A DNA stretch of 47,712 nt from Granulicella sp. (GTDB lineage: Bacteria > Acidobacteriota > Terriglobia > Terriglobales > Acidobacteriaceae): assembly GCA_003142215.1 (NCBI GenBank), contig PLOT01000126.1, forward strand, positions 5,968 through 53,679, given 5' to 3'. Made by a program: the position numbers and the translations under genes. How positions within the stretch are numbered: the stretch's first letter is position 1; each line of letters starts with the position of its first letter. Under the pieces are notes generated by a model that saw nothing but the letters and a program-made list of their open reading frames with translations, did no database searches and had not been told where the DNA came from. This document shows positions 44,394-47,712 of this stretch, in pieces.

Positions 44394-44855
44394 ATGAATC
44401 GACGAAGCTTTTTCAAATTCAGCTGGGGCGCGGTAGGTCTTACTGCCCTTGTCTCGGCGGTAGGGGTCAGCCTGGCAGCCGTCGTCCGGTTCCTGGTGCC
44501 AAGCGTCTTTTATGAGCCGCCGCAGACCTTCAAGATCGGCGATCCCGCCGATTATCCCTTCGGCCCTCCCACGTTTCTGGTGGAGGAGAAGATCTTCGTC
44601 TTTCGCGATCGCGACAAGGGATTTGCCGTGGCCAGCGCCGTCTGTACGCATCTGGGCTGCACAGTTGCATACTTCCCCAGCGACCAGCGCTTCCACTGCC
44701 CGTGCCACGGCAGCGTCTTTGGCCCCAACGGCCTGGTGCAGCATGGTCCTGCGCCGCGCCCGCTGGAGTGGTTTGAGGTGACGCTGGCACGCGATGGAAT
44801 GCTTCGCGTAGACAAAGATAAAGTCGTTCCACCAACCTATCGGCTGATGGTGTAA
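44394..44855 (+). CDS. Rieske [2Fe-2S] subunit of a Rieske/cytochrome b complex
   Basis: Tat motif NRRSFFK plus TM helix, [21 protein letters not shown]. Confidence 0.95.
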   Translation: MNRRSFFKFSWGAVGLTALVSAVGVSLAAVVRFLVPSVFYEPPQTFKIGDPADYPFGPPTFLVEEKIFVFRDRDKGFAVASAVCTHLGCTVAYFPSDQRFHCPCHGSVFGPNGLVQHGPAPRPLEWFEVTLARDGMLRVDKDKVVPPTYRLMV

Positions 44856-44857
44856 AC

Positions 44858-46144
44858 ATGAATCTGGTCCGCGAAATCTGGCGTTCGATCGTGCGGCGCG
44901 ATCCGCTCACCACCGACAAGGGAAAGTCCGAACTGGTCTTTCTCAATGTGTGGTTGCACATCCACCCGGCCAAGGTGAAAAAAGAGAACATGAAGTTCAG
45001 GCACTCGTTCTACCTGGGCTTCATCACCTTCTTCCTCTTTCTCATCCTGCTGACCACGGGGATCGCGCTGATGTGTTACTACCGGCCCTACCCGCCGCAG
45101 GCATATCAGGACATGAAAGACATGCAGTTTGTCGTTTTCATGGGGCCTTTCCTGCGCAATATGCATCGCTGGGCGGCGCATGGCATGGTGATCTGCGTAT
45201 TTCTGCACATGTGCCGGGTCTTCTACACTGGCTCTTACAAGAAGCCGCGCCAGTTCAACTGGGTGGTCGGCGTTTTTCTGCTGCTGCTGACCCTGGGCCT
45301 CTCCTTCACCGGGTATCTGCTGCCGTGGGACCAACTGGCCTACTGGGCCATCACGGTTGGCAGCAACATCGGAAGCTACGCTCCACTGGTCGGCGGGCAG
45401 TTGCGCGAACTGCTGCTTGGCGGCCACACGGTCGGCGAGGCCGCACTGTTGCGCTTCTATGTGCTCCATGTGGCCGTGCTGCCGGCGCTCCTGATTCTGC
45501 TCACCATCGTTCACTTCTGGAGGGTCCGCAAAGACGGCGGACTCTCGCGGCCGGTCTGGACGCTGAAGCCCAGCAAGACTGAGTCGCTGGTCACCATCGG
45601 CGCGCCGGCTGTGGTCGCACCGTTGCAAGTGGAGGCGGCTTCCAGGAACAAGACCTATGGACTGATGGAGGTCGTCACCGGAAAGCCCATATTCGAGACG
45701 ATCACTCCCGAAGAGGAGGAAGATACCGTCTTCTCCTATCCGTACGCCTTCGTTCGCGAGGCTGTTGTGCTTATGGCGACGGTTACCACCGTGATGGCGA
45801 TGTCGTTGTTCCTGAACGCGCCCCTGGAACAGTTGGCAAATCCGGCAAAGACTCCCAATCCAGCCAAGGCTCCGTGGTACTTCCTGGGCTTGCAGGAACT
45901 GGTTAGCCACTCCGCGCTACTGGGCGGCGTGGTGGCGCCGGCCCTGATGGTGCTTGCCTTGCTCGCAATCCCGTACCTCGACAGGAACCCCAGCCGTCGC
46001 CCCGTCGATCGCAAGTGGATTCTCTGGCTCTTCACATTCTTCGTTGTCGCCAACCTGGCTCTGATTATTGTGGGGACCTTCTTCCGCGGACCAGGCTGGG
46101 CGTTTGTTCCACCATGGGTACATGTCGTCGGGGGGGCTGAGTAA
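44858..46144 (+). CDS. Cytochrome b (b6-like domain fused to subunit-IV-like domain)
   Basis: Four heme His (RNMHRW, FLHMCR, YVLHV, IVHFW), [20 protein letters not shown] (PEWY-equivalent). Confidence 0.95.
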   Translation: MNLVREIWRSIVRRDPLTTDKGKSELVFLNVWLHIHPAKVKKENMKFRHSFYLGFITFFLFLILLTTGIALMCYYRPYPPQAYQDMKDMQFVVFMGPFLRNMHRWAAHGMVICVFLHMCRVFYTGSYKKPRQFNWVVGVFLLLLTLGLSFTGYLLPWDQLAYWAITVGSNIGSYAPLVGGQLRELLLGGHTVGEAALLRFYVLHVAVLPALLILLTIVHFWRVRKDGGLSRPVWTLKPSKTESLVTIGAPAVVAPLQVEAASRNKTYGLMEVVTGKPIFETITPEEEEDTVFSYPYAFVREAVVLMATVTTVMAMSLFLNAPLEQLANPAKTPNPAKAPWYFLGLQELVSHSALLGGVVAPALMVLALLAIPYLDRNPSRRPVDRKWILWLFTFFVVANLALIIVGTFFRGPGWAFVPPWVHVVGGAE

Positions 46145-47532
46145 TGGAACGCAGACTTCAGAAAATCTTCTTTGCGCTCAGCATGATTGCGCTGGCTCTT
46201 ATTCTGGCGGCCGAATGGCAGGCCAACACGCCCTCGTGGAAGAACTATCAGCGTAACTTTCTGCAGCTTGAGGCGCAGGATGAACCCAACGCCGCCGCCA
46301 AGGCCGCCGTCTTGTCTACACCGCTTGAGATTCACCAGGTAATGCTCACCGGCTTGCAGCGCGTGGACCGCTGCACCACCTGCCATCTAGGAGTGGACGA
46401 CCCCACCATGAAGAATGCTCCGGAGCCGTTCCGCTATCATGCCGGACTCGGCCCGCACATCCCTTCCAAATTCGGATGCACCATCTGCCATGGCGGTCAG
46501 GGCCTTGCCACCGATAAGGAGAGCGCCCACGGCAATGTGGCATTCTGGCAGACACCGCTCCTCTCCGTGGACTATGTTCGCGCCACCTGCGGCCGATGCC
46601 ACAAGGAGGGCGATGTGCCCGGCGTGCCGGAACTCACCGAGGGAAGGCATCTCTTCGAGACCCAGGGCTGCCGTGGATGCCACAAGTTGAATGGAGTGGG
46701 CGGAAGCATCGGCCCCGACCTCTCCGAAGAGGGCGCAAGCCTCCGCGCTCCGCAGTGGTTGGAGAAACATTTCCTGGCTCCCAACGCGGTCTCTGCCGGC
46801 TCGGCCATGCCCAACTTCCACTTCTCCACGGAGCAGGCGCGGAATCTCACCTATTACATGCTCGCGCTTACCAACCAGGACATGGGGAGCTACTATTCCA
46901 GCGTGCGCCTGATCCCCAGCCCTGAATATGGCCGGCAATTGTTTATCGAAAAGAACTGTATTGCCTGCCACAGCGTCGGCGGAGTGGGAGCAAAAACCGG
47001 ACCAGACCTGCTGGGCGTGACCAAACGGCACTCCAACGAATGGCTCGACGAGCAACTGGTGAATCCGCAGCTTGTCTATCCAGGAAGCACCATGCCCGAA
47101 TACGATCTTGAAGCAAATGCCCGCAAGGCTCTGCTTGCCTTCATGGCGACGGTCACCACGGAGGATGTGCAGTCGATCCTGTCGGGAAGGAAAACCGCAT
47201 TGAAACCCGAAGATGTAGCCATCGAGGCGGGCAAGCAGGACTTTGCGCGCTTCGGGTGCGTTGGCTGCCATGGGACGGAGTTGCAAGGCGGTGTGCCCAA
47301 CCCCAACGCCCAGGGCGGTGAGGTACCTTCGCTGCTGCACGTCTCCGACGACTACACCAAGGATGAAGTCATCGCGATCATCCGCAATGGAAAGGTGCCT
47401 CCCATGGACAACCCGGCAGGTCCGACTCCTCCGCTTTACATGCCGTCGTGGAAGCATGTGCTCAGCGACGAAGACGTCAACCGGGTAGCCGACTATCTCT
47501 GGTCGAAGCAACAGAAAAAGGAGAGTTGGTAG
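46144..47532 (+). CDS. Membrane-anchored hexaheme cytochrome c
   Basis: N-terminal hydrophobic anchor. Six CxxCH motifs: CTTCH, CTICH, CGRCH, CRGCH, CIACH, CVGCH. SAMP/STMP/YMP Met-ligand motifs follow the last three. Confidence 0.93.
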   Translation: MERRLQKIFFALSMIALALILAAEWQANTPSWKNYQRNFLQLEAQDEPNAAAKAAVLSTPLEIHQVMLTGLQRVDRCTTCHLGVDDPTMKNAPEPFRYHAGLGPHIPSKFGCTICHGGQGLATDKESAHGNVAFWQTPLLSVDYVRATCGRCHKEGDVPGVPELTEGRHLFETQGCRGCHKLNGVGGSIGPDLSEEGASLRAPQWLEKHFLAPNAVSAGSAMPNFHFSTEQARNLTYYMLALTNQDMGSYYSSVRLIPSPEYGRQLFIEKNCIACHSVGGVGAKTGPDLLGVTKRHSNEWLDEQLVNPQLVYPGSTMPEYDLEANARKALLAFMATVTTEDVQSILSGRKTALKPEDVAIEAGKQDFARFGCVGCHGTELQGGVPNPNAQGGEVPSLLHVSDDYTKDEVIAIIRNGKVPPMDNPAGPTPPLYMPSWKHVLSDEDVNRVADYLWSKQQKKESW

Positions 47533-47578
47533 CGCGCTGGATGTTTGCACTTGTACATCGAGAACCGCAGGGCAAACC

Positions 47579-47608
47579 AAACCTCCAGAATCTGAGTTGA
47601 GGTTTTTT
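47579..47608 (+). terminator. Possible intrinsic terminator of the electron-transfer operon
   Basis: AAACCTC-N13-GAGGTTT continuing into a T-run. Confidence 0.45.
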
Positions 47609-47629
47609 GGCATGAAGCCAACGAAACTA

Positions 47630-47712
47630 GGGCGTGTTCACACTACGGTCAATCTGTGTTAATGTTTATGGATGGAGATCACGGAAGCGCAGTATGAGCG
47701 GATCAAGGATGC
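47630..47712 (+). mobile_element. Left end of an IS5-family insertion sequence
   Basis: cTA followed by GGGCGTGTTCACAC (IS5-like terminus), then a transposase-like start. Confidence 0.7.
47672..47712 (+). CDS. IS5-family transposase, N-terminus only (window edge)
   Basis: MEITEAQYERIKD resembles the N-terminus of IS5-family (DUF4096-type) transposases. Only 13 codons are visible. Confidence 0.65.
   Translation, partial: MEITEAQYERIKD

Noticed and set aside
1-47712. CRISPR array, tRNA, rRNA, diversity-generating retroelement
   Set aside because: No spaced repeat array, cloverleaf or reverse transcriptase was seen. The intragenic repeat pairs do not show adenine-specific variation.

Overview
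GC-rich bacterial chromosome segment, most likely Acidobacteriota. The assignment is inferred from TIGR03435-type, Acidobacterial VWA, carboxypeptidase-regulatory/TonB-dependent receptor and wHTH-TPR gene types. Left to right: a truncated DUF763 gene; a surface-protein operon on the - strand (small protein, secreted phage-structural-like protein, 3215-aa NHL/Ig-repeat giant protein, outer-membrane beta-barrel) divergent from a membrane-anchored wHTH-TPR regulator; a cold-shock gene; an ABC ATPase plus permease-CAAX-protease fusion; a TPR GT41 O-GlcNAc-transferase; a YtrA/GntR-ABC operon with its operator; a TIGR03435/TBDR/VWA cluster; a TolC remnant; phosphofructokinase; a secreted beta-helix enzyme; a cNMP-binding protein; a histidine kinase and sigma54 activator; a six-gene electron-transfer operon; and the left end of an IS5-family element. 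The strongest candidate for an undescribed system is 40595-47532. It joins a Cyc2-like cytochrome-porin and a monoheme cytochrome c to an anammox-style Rieske/cytochrome b complex carrying a GltD/NfnB-like flavo-FeS oxidoreductase and a hexaheme cytochrome c, behind a complete sigma54 promoter (two UAS, IHF site, -24/-12). The second candidate is the giant surface-protein operon, with an internal lipobox splitting its last Ig domain and an apparently domesticated phage-structural protein. No rRNA, tRNA or CRISPR array was seen. All family calls come from motif recognition by eye, not from database searches.
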